A DNA stretch of 64,000 nucleotides, taken from contig NW_024704743.1 in assembly GCF_018977255.1 (NCBI RefSeq), forward strand, positions 86,430,001 through 86,494,000. Reading direction: 5' to 3'. Position numbers and translations under genes: made by a program. This DNA is from Callorhinchus milii (lineage: Eukaryota). Below are positions 14,017 through 27,002 of this stretch, piece after piece; the first letter of the stretch is position 1, and each line of letters begins with the position of its first letter. The notes under the pieces were generated by a model. The model was not told where the DNA came from. It ran no database searches and saw only the letters and a list, made by a program, of their open reading frames with translations.

Positions 14017-15284
14017 CTGTAGATAAAAAAAAGTCAAACTTGTCACGTAAAGCATCATAAATTTCCATAGTCAGGATATTCAGGCAAGGGGGAAAATATA
14101 ATAATTATTCCTGATATTGTCCACCTATTTCAGATAGATGTTAGAGTAGGGAGTCTCTCCCAGTGTCCTGGCCTCCAGATTAATTGATCATTTATTCATC
14201 CCTATTTGTGGGACTTTGTTGTTCACAAATGTCTACCACATTAGTGTGCAAATAAGCAGTCACTGTTTTTTGTGGCAGTAGTTGCTGTGAAAAGCTTTGA
14301 GACATTCGGATGTTATAGACATTATATAAAAAAAAGTCAAGTTCATTTTGGATCAGCTGGAAGCTGCATTTTCTGTTTACTTGCTTCCAGTCTGTTGGAA
14401 CCTCACCAGTGATGATTAACTCTCTTATAGTGTCTGCCAATGATACATTGACCCATTTGAAGAGAGATTGCCCCATTTACTGGCTATGATTACAAGCCAA
14501 ACACGTCAAATACCATAAATACTTCAAACTTATGAGATACGCATTGCAACATCATGGTAGTTTATTATTCAGCTCATCCAATTACAGCTACCTATTGGTT
14601 TGTTTGATTAATGCAACATATTGTGTGGTTAGTGGTTTTATATTTCAATCAACCTAGATATGTTATGTTAATATTTGTGGTACTGAAAATATAATGGGTT
14701 GTAGCCATGTAAAATAATGTATTAGCATAGGGCTGGTGTTGGACAAAGCAGTTATGCAAGACTGTGCTCATTTATTTGATTTATCTTGCAGCATTTTTAA
14801 GAGGTTGACTTTCAAAATAATGAAAATATGTGTGATTGTGATTTTATAAAAGATAGTTTTTCATAAATGCTACTTTAGTATGCTTTCAGTGGGGAGGATG
14901 AACTGAATGAAACTGAAGAAAGGAAGATATTAACACAGAAATGTTGCTGATGTTTTTACACAATGTTACAATACATATAGCAAAAGGACCCAAGCTCTTG
15001 GCATTAGCTCAGAATCTAAAGCATAAGTCTACCTGGGCCATCAATTTGAGTTCTTTGGAATTATTTCAATTTTACCCGATTAAATTGAACTCGGATTCTG
15101 TCCCTTCAAATTATTTGCTCAGTGTCAGTGTCTCACTAAATGTTCCCCTACACTCACTGCACATAAAGGGCAAAAGCCATCATTCCATGGTTAAGTCAGC
15201 GTCCTGACAAAAGTTTTGCAGTGATTTTCAGAGCCAGCAGGAACCATATTGAAGAAGGTGAGTATGTGGAATTCATTGACACAA

Positions 15285-15560
15285 GCCATGGTTGAAGAAA
15301 CCTGATAACATGTATGAGGGTTGGCAAGTTGGCAAGAAGCAAAGTGGGAATGGTGGGGGCAAGCAGTAATCTTAGTTAGCTGAGCAAAGAGGGTGAGCAG
15401 GGGAGTAGGGTAGAGAAGATTGGAGAGTTATGGAGATGCCAGGGAGTAGATGGATTTGTAGCTAAGGGTGAGAACCTTGAATCGATTCACTGGAAGATGG
15501 TGAGCCAGTAGAGACTGATGAAGACTAGGGTGATGGTTGTGCAGAGTTGGAATAATGGAA
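15285..15560 (-). mobile_element. L2 fragment, decayed
   Basis: Purine-rich + strand with gagaaccttgaatcgattcactggaagatggtgagccagtagagactg, paralleling the L2 antisense at 7740-7810. Confidence 0.5.
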
Positions 15561-16952
15561 ATACGGGGAGGGATGAATAATTTAGAGTTTTTGCTTCATT
15601 ATTGGTGGGATCCAGGTCTATCTATGCAAAACAATGGGTAGAGTGGATACCTTAGTGTATTAGAGTGTATAATATAGATTGTTATAGTGAAGTGTGACCA
15701 CCGTAGTCTGTGTAAAGGCAGGCTTGTAACTGATCATTGACCAAATTAACGTTTCTCATCCATGCTTTCTTGTGTTCTTAAAATGCTCCTAAAGTATCTG
15801 AAAAGATTTTATACAAGGTTTTATACAAAATTGACATGATTTGTGGTCTTAGATCGTGTAAGTACTGTTCTCTAAGTAAGAAATCCAATGTAAATTGTAA
15901 ATTGCTCAGGCTTTTTAGAAATGACATATTGAAGGCCAAAGAAAACTATTGAAGTATGCAATAACAGCAAAACCATAATGAGCTCCTTAGTTGCAAGAAC
16001 AGCAAAAATGTTCCGCTTAACAAAACTATTTGCTGCTTCTGTTCTCCTGAGGAAGATAACAAATCTGTGGTAGTCTTTCCAGTCACATAAGACACATACC
16101 AAAGTGTTCCTAATCTTATCTTGTCCATCAACGCAGTGGGAATTGATGTGAATGAAAGCATTCACTGTAGATAATGCAACTATTGACTTTGTGGACTTGG
16201 TAAATTGAACATCAAAGCAGAGCGATTTGAAAGACTGTGAGGAATGTGGCTGCTGTATAACAGGAACAGTGCTTTAATTATTTCAGTGATCATTTCTTTA
16301 TCATTATTATTTATTCAAAGGTTTTTTACATAAATATAAATTCCAAAAATCGTGATGGGTAATTAGGAATAATACAAACCAATAAATGAAAGGGCAGTAA
16401 CCGTAAGAGGAAACAGTGTATATCACTCAGTCAGGCTGGGTGTGGGGAACCATTAACAAAGACAACACATTAAAGGACTATCGGCTGATTGAACAGTGCA
16501 TTGAATGATTGCGGGTTCACTGGTGACAGAGAACTGCCATTCAACCAAAGAAGTAAGGAAGAAGATGGATAATATCAAAATCCATTAAAAGCAACGAGGT
16601 GAAATAGACAAAGAAACAGCTGATAATTAGACAGCATTAACTTTATATTGCGCCATTCAAATAGAATAACGTCTCAGTGCACTTAACAGTGGTGGGGGTG
16701 CCAAGCAGGGGAGAGATGGGAAGGGGAAGTGACCATGGGCTCAGTTGAAGAGGTAGCTTTTAAGGTAAAACTTGAATACAAACAGGGAGGGAGCAAGAAA
16801 GAGGGGTAGAGGGAGTTCCTGGAGTTAAATTGATTGGCTGAGACATTAGTTACCATTCAGAAGATTGGAGACCTGAAATCTCTCCCTATCTCAGAGTATT
16901 ATCTTAAAAGACCATGCAGAATTTAGAAATTCTTATATTCAGTCTTCCTAAA

Positions 16953-17290
16953 CAATAATATAATAATCCTTGCATTTGATATAGCGCCTTATCACATCTG
17001 CGAAACGTCTCAAAGTCCTTTACACAATATACTGTCAAGTGAATTAACTGTATATTTTGTGGGAGAAACGCGGCATTCAGTTGCATGCAGCAGTGTCCTA
17101 CAAACAGTCGAGGATTGAGTGACCAAGTTATTAGTTAAAACATTTTTTTGAAGGGATTTTTACCCAGTGTAAAGCAATCCACCAATCAACTAACAACCAG
17201 GTAAACAGAGGCATGTGGAGGAAGCAAACTTGCTAAATGTTTCACCCTGTCCGGGAATCGAACCCAGGTCACCTCACTGAGCTACAGGAC
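16953..17290 (-). mobile_element. tRNA-derived SINE, older long subfamily
   Basis: (AAT)n-ccttgcatttgatatagcgc tail through ...cactgagctacaggac head; contains the central segment absent from young copies. Confidence 0.85.
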
Positions 17291-17596
17291 TTGGACACTT
17301 TAGACACTTTGAGACTCCACACTAAGCCTAAACTGAGCCTTACTTAAAATTTAAATTTAAAAAAATAATATGCAGAAATGTGAATGTAAGTCTTTATTTA
17401 ACAATCTGTTACAGGTAGAAAAAGTCAGAGGTAGTGAAGGGCTGGCAGTGTGCTGCTACAGTTACAGACCAATTCCTGATGGAAGAAGTTCTTTATACAA
17501 ATTGTAATCAATTTGTATTTTTCCTGATTACCCAGTATTAAACACTGTTTGCTTAACCACAGTGAGGCTGGTCCCAATTAGTCCGCAATTAGTAGT

Positions 17597-17920
17597 GGAG
17601 TCCTGTAGCTCAGTGGTTAGAGCACTCGCTTTGCAAGTGAGAGACCTGAGTTCAATTCCAGGCAGGGCGAAACCTTGGGCAAGTTTCCTAACTCCACACG
17701 CCTAATAATAATCCCTCCAAAACCCAAAACAATAATAAATTGGTCATTTTCAATCTACGACTGGTTGTGGGACATTGCTGTGCGCAATTGACTGCCGCGT
17801 TCGCCCACAAATATACAGTCAATTCACTTTACAGTGTGTTCTATGAAGCGCTTTGGGACGTCCTCCCGACGTGAGAAGCGCTATATCAAATACAAGGATT
17901 ATTATTATTATTATTATTAT
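17597..17920 (+). mobile_element. Young full-length tRNA(Ala)-derived SINE, short subfamily
   Basis: Head GGAGTCCTGTAGCTCAGTGGTTAGAGCACTCGCTTTGCAAG with Pol III A box, B-box-like GAGTTCAATTCC and TGC anticodon-like loop; L2-like 3' end; (ATT)n tail. Near-identical copies elsewhere in the window. Confidence 0.93.
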
Positions 17921-19699
17921 AATCGGGTCTCTTCTGTACAAATAAATTGTAAGTAGTCAAAGCTGTACTCTGTATTTTGTATTAAAGATAATGTCACACC
18001 ACGTACAGTTGGCCCCTTCTATAACGTATTGATTTGGCTCTATAAAATCAGATCCAGTGTTAATCTGTAGATAGATGTTTATAACTGTCATTTATGTGTG
18101 AACCCCTTATGTAATCCAATGCTGCCATTCATTAACTATGAATCTTAATAATAAAATGCTATCATTATTAATAATATTAATTATTATCTTAAATGTTTTT
18201 GCTACAAATATTTTATGTATAAATAAGTACATTGTGTCAGAGTTTTTATAAATGGCATGAAGTACTTCTTGTTACCAAAAGGAGTCTCCATTTGCCTAAC
18301 CTATAAATCCTATAAGGAAATATTTGCGGAAAAATTCAAAGTGGGTCTAACTTTACTAAAATTTTCAAAAATTTGTTTATAGGGCATTGCTGTGTGAAAA
18401 TTAGCCTCCCTACAAAAATATAGTCACTACACTTTACAGTGAATCATTTGAAGTACTTTGAGACATCCACCTAATGTGATTGATGCTACATCAAATACAA
18501 GAACTATTAGTATTAATTTGTTTAAAATTGTTTAAGCTCTTTTAAGAACTACAGAAAAATGAATTCAAAATTAAGACTGAATTTATCCTTTATCATTCAA
18601 CAACTTGCCAAATTCTGGACACTTTAAAATGTTACTCAAATAGAGTAAATTAAGACCCAGGTGGAATTTCTCTCCAATTAGGTTTGGCAGAAGTTTAATT
18701 GACCTTCCTACAGACTATTCTGTTTTACGGAGAAACAGCTACCTGATTAAAATGATTAAATGCTTTCATAACAGGACAAGTACTAGCAAACCAGAGAAAT
18801 CAAATCTGATGTTTTAAGCATGCTGAATTACATACTAATTTGTACATGTCAAAACAAATCTTCATGTTACTTTCACTTTATAAGGATGAAACAATTTCCG
18901 ATATTCATCTGCTATCTTTAACTGTCAATCCTGTACATTTTCTGAAGCCGATCATGCTATGATCGATGGCAAGTAAATTACAATGATTCAGAGGACTTAT
19001 CGCCACGTCATTTATAATAGTCAGGGTTCCTAATCCTGTGGGACTGCTCGCAAGAAGCAATAGACATTGGTATAAACTGGTGTTTGTTAAGATCATCTGT
19101 TGAGTCTATGTTGGTTCTGCGCCCAGCGGTTTGCAGTCTCAATGTCTGAGGCAAACAACGTTTACTTGTTAGCAATATGTTCAAAGGGGCTGAAGTTGCT
19201 CAGGAACACTGAACCAACTCTGTCTTAAAGGGAGAAGCTGGCAAGAGCATGTGCCTTACTCAGGAAACTTTGTTTGTGCTCTACTGTGTACATTATATTT
19301 AAGAGTTCCATTCGATGGAGATGTGGCTTGACCCAAAATTATGACTTTGCCATTATTCATAAACACAGTAAGATAAATTACTTATTGTTGTTTCTAAATG
19401 ACAACTGAATTGTGATGCCTATTAACAGTGTTAATTACAGAGTCAAGGAAGCAATCTGTCTCCAAAATATAGAGGAGCAGCTAATGGCAGATCTGGAACC
19501 ATAACATTTTGTAGGACAGAATAAGGCCATTTTGCACAGTTTTCCTGTCCTTGATCTCTGCAAAAGCTAACCATTTACTTCCATTCCTCTCTCCCTTTCC
19601 CCGTATTCTTTTATAATGTTTCCTTTCAGATGTTTGCCTGAATGTTTCTTTTAAAATCTACTGTATTATAGATTTGTGGTCACTCAACCCACAGCTCTC

Positions 19700-19885
19700 T
19701 CTGGGACACTGTTGTGGACAATTTGCTGCTGCGTTTCGCCCACAAATATACGGTTAATTCACTTCACAGTATATTCTGTGAAGCGCTTTGAGACGTCGAG
19801 AAGCCGTGGAAAGCACTATATCAAAATGCAAGGATATTATTATTACTATTTCGAAGACGTGATCAAATGCAAGGATTATTATTGT
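19700..19885 (+). mobile_element. SINE 3' half with duplicated terminal segment
   Basis: tgggacactg...gtgaagcgctttgagacg...atgcaaggatattattatt, followed by a second atcaaatgcaaggattattatt. Confidence 0.75.
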
Positions 19886-21526
19886 TATGTTTTTGGTAAT
19901 AGTATTAGGAAAAGGTGCATAGTGCACAGAAAAGTATCACGATGTGGAAACAGTATGATTGAATACAGTTTTGACAAGGCATCAATGCCTCTTGAAACCT
20001 GGGTCAATAGTGACACTTTTGTAGCACTTTCTTCAATTGCTACAAACAATAACGATAAACAATCGTGTTGACAATGCAAACGATAACGATCTACTATTGA
20101 ATCAGGTAACTTTACTCACTATCCTTTTTCATCTTTTTGTTACAGTTTATCATTGTAACAAAAATAATCATCAAATTTGGTATAGCACCTTTCATGTCAG
20201 GAGGATGACGCAAACCCCTTCACAGGATTCACTGTTACGTTTAGTGACTGCGTATTGTGGCAAACACAGCAACAATTTGTGCACAGAAAGTGAGTAACAA
20301 TTTTATTTGGGGGATTGTTGGCCATCATTTAAGCAGCAGGAAAAAGAACAAAAGTGAAGGATTCTGTGTATGCGTAGAACACGTGATGTTTTATAACCTA
20401 GGCACAAGCGGCATGACTGTTCAGTGTTCGGCCATGATGGCTGAATCAAGATTATTGATTTACTATTATGAATCCATGCATGGCACAAAGTCAGCATTAA
20501 ATTGATTCCCGAGCCTTGCAGATGTCTGAGCAAGAATCTGTTATGTGATGGATTTGCAGCAGGTGCACGATGATGATATGTAGGAAGGCTCAGTCCATCC
20601 ATCGTCAGGACTGTCGCCAGCACAAAGCTGCAATGTGATAATCATAGATCACAAGTAGTTTGTCCTATTGACGAGTCAGTGTCACCCAGCCGTGCCCTGC
20701 ACCTGCCTAGCAGGTTACAATGCAAGCTGTGATAAAATCTGTCACTTTGACCCTGATCAGCAATTATCAAAGGAAAACCCTTCAAGGTCACTGCAACTGG
20801 ATTGACCCCACAAAGCAAACGTCTCCCCAGAATGTGAAGGGGGCACTTGCTTCTAAAAGATGTTAAACTCATTTTAGGCAATGGATGAGAGTTGCAAGAT
20901 GAAAGCTGTGCGCAGTAAGGCGGCATATAAAGTACAGTCCGGCAAACTGATCAATTTAGTGGGAGTGATACATGTTTGGATTAAATGATTTGACCTACTA
21001 TGAGATAACTCGATGCATGATAACTCACTCTCCCAAGGATCCAAAATCTTAAAATTGGAGCTAAGCCATTGGAAGTGAGAATCAGAAAAGATTTCTTCAC
21101 AATACAGACCAGTGGGAATGTGGAATGAGCGTACTTGGTAACGGAATGTTGGAATCCTGCCAACCCTCAGTGGTGGTCTCGACAGTCCGGTTCCTAAGTC
21201 GGGAGGGTCCGCAGTTCTCCAGAGCACTGCTGCTAACAGACCAGCCAGCCCAGCTTGTTGTCAGGACTTGAAGCACTCTGGGATGCTACCCTGTGTGAGG
21301 TTGCTGTATGAATGCAAGTTGTTGTTATTGTTGTTCAAGGGCCTGTGAGCATGGATTCTTCTCACTCAGTTCCTGCTAAACCTGCACTTTGTGGCATCCA
21401 CCCGAAAGAAAAGGCACCTTGTAAATATAAATTTGTTATGTGTTGTAGGCTAAAGCCATAATGGTCCTAGTTGGACAAGCAGCAGGGATCTTGCCAGATA
21501 GTGCTCTCAATAATAATAATAATAAT

Positions 21527-21847
21527 GGAGTCCTGTAGCTCAGTGGTTAGAGCACTCGCTTTGCAAGTGAGAGACCTGAGTTCAATTCCAGGCAGGGCAA
21601 AACCTTGGGCAAGTTTCCTTACACCACACGCCTAATAATAATCCCTCCAAAAACCAAAAACAATAATAAAAATTGGTCATTTTCAATCTACGACTGTTTG
21701 TGGGACATTGCTGTGCGCAATTGGCTGCCGCGTTCGCCCACAAATATACAGTCAATTCACTTTACAGTGTGTTCTGTGAAGCGCTTTGGGACGTCCTCCC
21801 GATGTGAAAAGCGCTATAGCAAATGCAAGGATTACTATTATTATTAT
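21527..21847 (+). mobile_element. Young full-length tRNA(Ala)-derived SINE
   Basis: Near-identical to 17597-17920; preceded by (AAT)n. Confidence 0.93.
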
Positions 21848-22210
21848 AATAATCCTTGCATTTGATATAGTGCCTTATCACATCTTCGAGACATCTCAAA
21901 GCGCTTCACAGAATATACCTTAAAGTGAATTGACTGGATATTTTGTGGGCAAACACTGTAGCCAATTGCACACAACAGTGTCCCACAAACAATCGTGGAT
22001 TGATTGACCAATTTATTATTATTTTTTGAAGGAATTATTACCCCCAGAAAAGCAATCTGCCAATCAACTAACAACCGGGTTCCTACTACTGCTAGCTAAA
22101 CAGAGACGTGTGGAGTAAGGAAATTTGCCCAACATTTCACTCTGCCGGGAATTGAACCCAGGTCTCTCGCTTGCGAGGCGAATGCTCCAACCACTGAGCT
22201 ACAGGACTCC
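21845..22210 (-). mobile_element. tRNA-derived SINE, older long subfamily, tail-to-tail with the preceding copy
   Basis: aataatccttgcatttgatatag ... ccactgagctacaggactcc. Confidence 0.9.
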
Positions 22211-23069
22211 ACATTAGTGCCTTCAGGAGGGCAATGCAAAGCTATGTGGCAATAGCTGATTAAAGATAAAAGGTGGAAGGCAAACTAGGTGGATTTTGGT
22301 CTTTTTCCATCTAGCATTTCTTATGTTCTTATGTTAAATAAAAACAGCATGCATACTCCAGGGTCTCTAAGCCTTGGCCTAATAGTTTCTGGTATTAAGA
22401 AAGCAGGGTATGTCATTCCAAGGGAATATTATGGATTTAATTTCAGAGAGGATTATTTCCATGTGTAGGTGGCATACAAATGTGGACAGTTGACCAAAAC
22501 AATCCCTCTAATTTTCTCCTTCTCTTATCTGAAGGTACTGATCCATGCTGGGGTATGTTTCCATAGATGTTAGAGTTTTTCCAATCATTGCTTGTATCCT
22601 CAAAGTTAGTAAACTCTACTCATTCGCCATCCCTGGCTCCCTGTTTCTGAATGGATCAACTTCAAGATCCTCATCCTCACATACATATCCCTTCACACTC
22701 TAGTACCTTTCTACCTCTCTGACCTGCTCGCTTCACTACACCTCTAATCTCTCCAAATCCCTGCCTCAATCGTTCCGCCTCGCTCTCTCTTGATCTATCT
22801 TTAAATCCCATCTGAAGCACTATCTCATCAACCTTGCCTATAGTCACCGTGCTCTCACCCTTCTCCTTTGCGCCCTGGCTTTAATCACTCTTCTTGGTAT
22901 TCTGTTCCAGTTGCTAATTACCCTCTGAGAAAAGAAATACTTCCTGGTGTCCTTTGGAACCCTAATAGTTATCCTTTGGATACAACATTTGATAAAATGC
23001 CCTTCACGTCAAGAGGACATCTGAAAGCACTTGCCAGGATATAAGTGTAACACTTTAATGAAATACTTG

Positions 23070-23390
23070 AGGTGCACTATTGGAGATGAGATCCTTTGGG
23101 TCAGATGTTAAACTGAGCACCCTCTGCCTATTCAGGTGGATGTTAAATGTTCCATGGCAATATTCAAAAAGTCAAAATACCAGGAAGGATTTCTTTTCTC
23201 AGAGGCCGTGGCCAAAAACCCCCAAGTAAAAAAATTGTCATTCACTTCAAGGTTGTTTGTGAGACATTGCTGTACGCAAATTGGCTGTTGTGTATGCCTA
23301 CAAAATACATAGTCACTAGACTTCACAGTAAATCCTGTGAAGTGCTTTGAGATGATGTAAAAGCTGCTATATCAAATGCACAATTTGCAT
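23070..23390 (+). mobile_element. Old Deu-domain SINE, 3' two-thirds
   Basis: cagatgttaaactgagcaccctctgcctattcaggtggatgttaaatgttccatggca, then tttgtgagacattgctgtacgcaaattggctg tail. Confidence 0.65.
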
Positions 23391-23855
23391 TTATATATAT
23401 AGCCCTCTTCACATAGGATGACATCTCGGAGCCACTGATGAACAGAATTAACTTCACCATCAGCTCTTTAACTGTAACTGGGCAGTTTAATTTTAGAGAC
23501 ATGAAGCAAATGCTTCCTTCTCTTTGCAGTCACACCTGGAGACAAATACTTTATTTTACACTTGTTAGGAAATCACAATAGCAGACATCATTTTGTACCT
23601 TTCAGCTTCCATAGCAATAATTCTTTTTATTTAATTTCTTCCCTGAGCTTACATTTACTGTAACATGATATTGAAATAGAAATAACAGGAACAATGATGT
23701 CCAAATGGGACAGCACCCTGTTGCTTGTTTAGTATCTACTCTTATGAAACAGTATTATGACAGGAAGACAATGTTCCATATTTTGTGTTCTTCGATATTC
23801 ATTCTTATGAAACTCGAGTAAGGAGCTGAGATATGAGATGAAAAATTTCCTGTGC

Positions 23856-23902
23856 AAGGAAAGGATTGGAATGGGTGTGTAAGGAAAGGATTGGAATGGG
23901 TG
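23856..23902 (+). repeat. Tandem duplication with 25 bp period
   Basis: aaggaaaggattggaatgggtg occurs twice, separated by tgt. Confidence 0.85.
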
Positions 23903-24471
23903 ATCAAAATGTCATATGTGACATGCAGTAGATATATAACATCTGCACATTTATGATTTGCTCCTATGATTGTATCATAAAAAGATTGACATATAGTCCT
24001 GACAATCATCTAGATATTTCTTTGTGGACATGTAGAGAGTTATAAACGCTACCTGTATAGTGGCTGGTATTGTCTGTAGCTGGGAGGATTCTGATTTCAT
24101 TACATTTCACCTAAACCACAAGAGATTTCTTAGACCTTTCCTAGACTTTTAACAATCACAGGTCTCCCAGTAACTGTTTGAGGAAAACACTGCACAGAAT
24201 ACATTCTCACTGACGGCTTTCACCATGAGTAATATACATCTGTTATAACCCTGAGAAGCCATGATCCTGCTAGTTGATGGTTAAATGGTGGATCTGACTT
24301 TACGTATGTAGGCAACAAGAACTCTATCGGATGGTTGAGGAAGAGAAAGCGTAAGTCCTACCTCCAGCATATTGGGTATGTTCCTAATCAATCCATTATG
24401 AATTTCTTGGATCCCAGTCAGGTGGTGAACACAGTGAGCAAGGATGAATCAGAGGGCACTTGTGCCACTCC

Positions 24472-24588
24472 TAATAATAATAAAAAAAATCCTTGCATTT
24501 GATAGAACGCCTTATCACGTCATTGAGATGTCTCAAAGCGCTTCACGGAATATATTGTAAAATACTGTGTATTTTGTGGGCGAAACAT
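24472..24588 (-). mobile_element. SINE 3' tail fragment
   Basis: atccttgcatttgatagaacgccttatcacgtc...tctcaaagcgcttcac...ttttgtgggcgaa. Confidence 0.8.
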
Positions 24589-24781
24589 CCTAGTGGCTGG
24601 TTAGAGTGGCTTTGACATAGATCTGGGTGCAGATGCATGGGTGCACAGGAAATCACACTTCAGAACTTATCAGAGCCCTGAGGAGAGGAGGTGAGGGGGA
24701 TAAAATTCGGAAAGTGTCAATTGAAAGAAAGAGGTCTGGTGCTACATGTGAAACCTATCAATTCATAGCTCTGTCACTCAC

Positions 24782-25014
24782 CTCTTTCTTGTGATACAAG
24801 ATTGAGAAGATTGTGCACAGTCTCCATCAGTTCCAGTTGTTGCTTTTGCAGGCTGGTGTTATTCACAGTAGCTCGGTTCAGCTGGGCTTCCAACTCATCA
24901 ATGACGTGGCTCTGACGGTTCACCAGCTCCTGGAGACTTGCTTTCTCTTGCCTTAGTGTCTTGAGCTCTTCTTCATGTCGATCTTCCATTTCTATAAATT
25001 TCTGCTCCAGAAAG
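24782..25014 (-). CDS. ANGPT1: Angiopoietin exon 4: (S)FLEQKFIEMEDRHEEELKTLRQEKASLQELVNRQSHVIDELEAQLNRATVNNTSLQKQQLELMETVHNLLNLVSQER
   Basis: Acceptor tttcccctcag|CTTT, donor AGAG|gtgagt, 233 nt. Matches ANGPT1 QLNRATxNNxxLQKQQLELMxTVHNL. Confidence 0.95.
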
Positions 25015-25711
25015 CTGAGGGGAAACCACAGCAGATGTTGTGGTTGTAGTTACCCACTACACAGATTTAAATTTTTACACAAATATATCACGGCTGCAAA
25101 TAGACAGTTATTAATAGTCACTGAAGTTGGTGTCATGGCATTGCATAAGGAATTTAAAGCCAATCATTTCCAGGCATATTGGAGTGAAAAATGAAGCATG
25201 TGATGTGATCACACTGTGGGACATTCCACTCCTGGAGGTGTCTCAGATGATCAGTGCTGCAGGTAAACAATCACCACCAGCCCCCACTCCTCCTCCACAC
25301 ATATGCTCACTACCGCAACTGTGCTCAAATGATTGTGCATAAAACTGGTTGCATCTTGGAAGCTAGACCTTCATATGAAGGAAAGGGCAATAGAAGGGTA
25401 TAGGAGGGAATAAGGAATACGTTGAGACCCTTTTGGAGTACAAACAGCAGCACTTGAGCCGAGTGGCCTGTTTCCGTGCTGTACATTCTTTGTAAATCCA
25501 TTGAGCCAGCCAGGATTACCTTAGAACTTGCCACTGCATAGAGATCCAAGTATTTCAGTTCCGGTTTGACTGCCTTAACTCAACTTTTAAAGTGGGTTTA
25601 GGAAGAACTATTTGAACAAGTCCATTCCTTCTAGACTTTGTAGCTATCAACTGAGTCATCTCCATTTGCAATAGCCTCCAATATGATAATTATTTTGTTT
25701 ACCTGCAAACA

Positions 25712-26023
25712 GGAGTCCTGTAGCTCAGTGGTTAGAGCACTCGCTTTGCAAGTGAGAGACCTGAGTTCAATTCCAGGCAGGGCAAAACCTTGGGCAAGTT
25801 TCCTTACTCCACACGCCTAATAATAATCCCTCCACAAACCAAAAACAATAAAATTGGTCATTTTCAATCTACGACTGTTTGTGGGACATTGCTGTGCCCA
25901 ATTGGCTGCCACGTTCGCCCACAAATATACAGTCAATTCACTTTACAGTGTATTCTGTGAAGCGCTTTGGGACGTCCTCCTGACGTGAAAAGCGCTATAT
26001 CAAATTCAAGGATTATTATTATT
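25712..26023 (+). mobile_element. Young full-length tRNA(Ala)-derived SINE
   Basis: Near-identical to 17597-17920; followed by an older tail remnant and (TTC)n(TTA)n at 26113-26159. Confidence 0.93.
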
Positions 26024-27002
26024 GTTAAAATATAGTCACTATACTTTACAGTTAAGTCACCTGAAATACTTTGAGATGTCCTCCTGATGTAAAAAGCGTT
26101 ATATCAAATGCAATTCTTCTTCTTCTTCTTCTACTTATTATTATTATTATTATTATTATGCCCATTCACAAATTAAGAGAAAAATGCAATGTTACTGTGA
26201 TTTGAAGCTCAGATGCTTTCCCATGTTGTGCACTGACAGTAATGAGTCAGTGAGCATCTGGTCTCCATTTCACTAATATATCAACTTGATGAATGTATTT
26301 CAGTGTCAGAATCAACATCTTATCTTCTCAGCAGCGACCATGACATCAGTACATCCTCAGTACGCTTAGTCATGTCGCCAAGAGCTGCTGCTGCTGAATT
26401 AATAAGAGGTTGTCAATGGGAATGTTTAGCTTGCAAGTTAAACATTCCTAATGGAAAGAAATCATTTGCTGCCAAGTGTTTCACATAACAGTGGATTTTT
26501 GAGTCCTTTGTGAATGGTTACTTTGAACAGTTTGCAATTAGTGAGACCTTCATTTTGAACTTGCAGTATCACATTGAAATGATTCAAAGTGTTTCGCTGG
26601 TCAAGTATAATGACTCTTTTTATGTGATCAAAATTACGGTATACGTATCCTAGGAAAAGAATATCAGCTGGATCAAGATTTGTTCTATTTAGGTAACATT
26701 TCAGAGCGCCCCAAATTTTACAAATGCTTGAATAACCTTAACGTTGAAGCCAAGTTTTCTTTTAGAACTACAGCAAACCGACTTCAAAGTTAAGGCTGAA
26801 TTCAACAATTTAGCAAATTCTGGATGCATTGAAATGCTCCATAAATAGAGTAAAACACAAGATCCAAGTGGAATTTCTCCCCATCTATTCCTTGCAGAAT
26901 TCATTTACGATTAAAGATACTACAGTTTTGACGCTTTATGTGAAAAGCTCTGAGTAGACAGGGTTTCTGTTATCGTGCTGGATCATACTGTTACTATTTA
27001 AT

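Noticed and set aside
17597..17670. tRNA-Ala(TGC)-like gene, repeated at 21527, 25712, 29068, 39683 and 47430
   Set aside because: It is the head of a SINE: always followed by the same body and (ATT)n tail, with imperfect stems.
21605..21865. Recurrent ORFs MGKFPY...CKDYYYY (also 29145, 39761, 47575, 19676, 60251)
   Set aside because: Chance translations of SINE copies; the poly-Tyr or poly-Ile comes from the (ATT)n tail.
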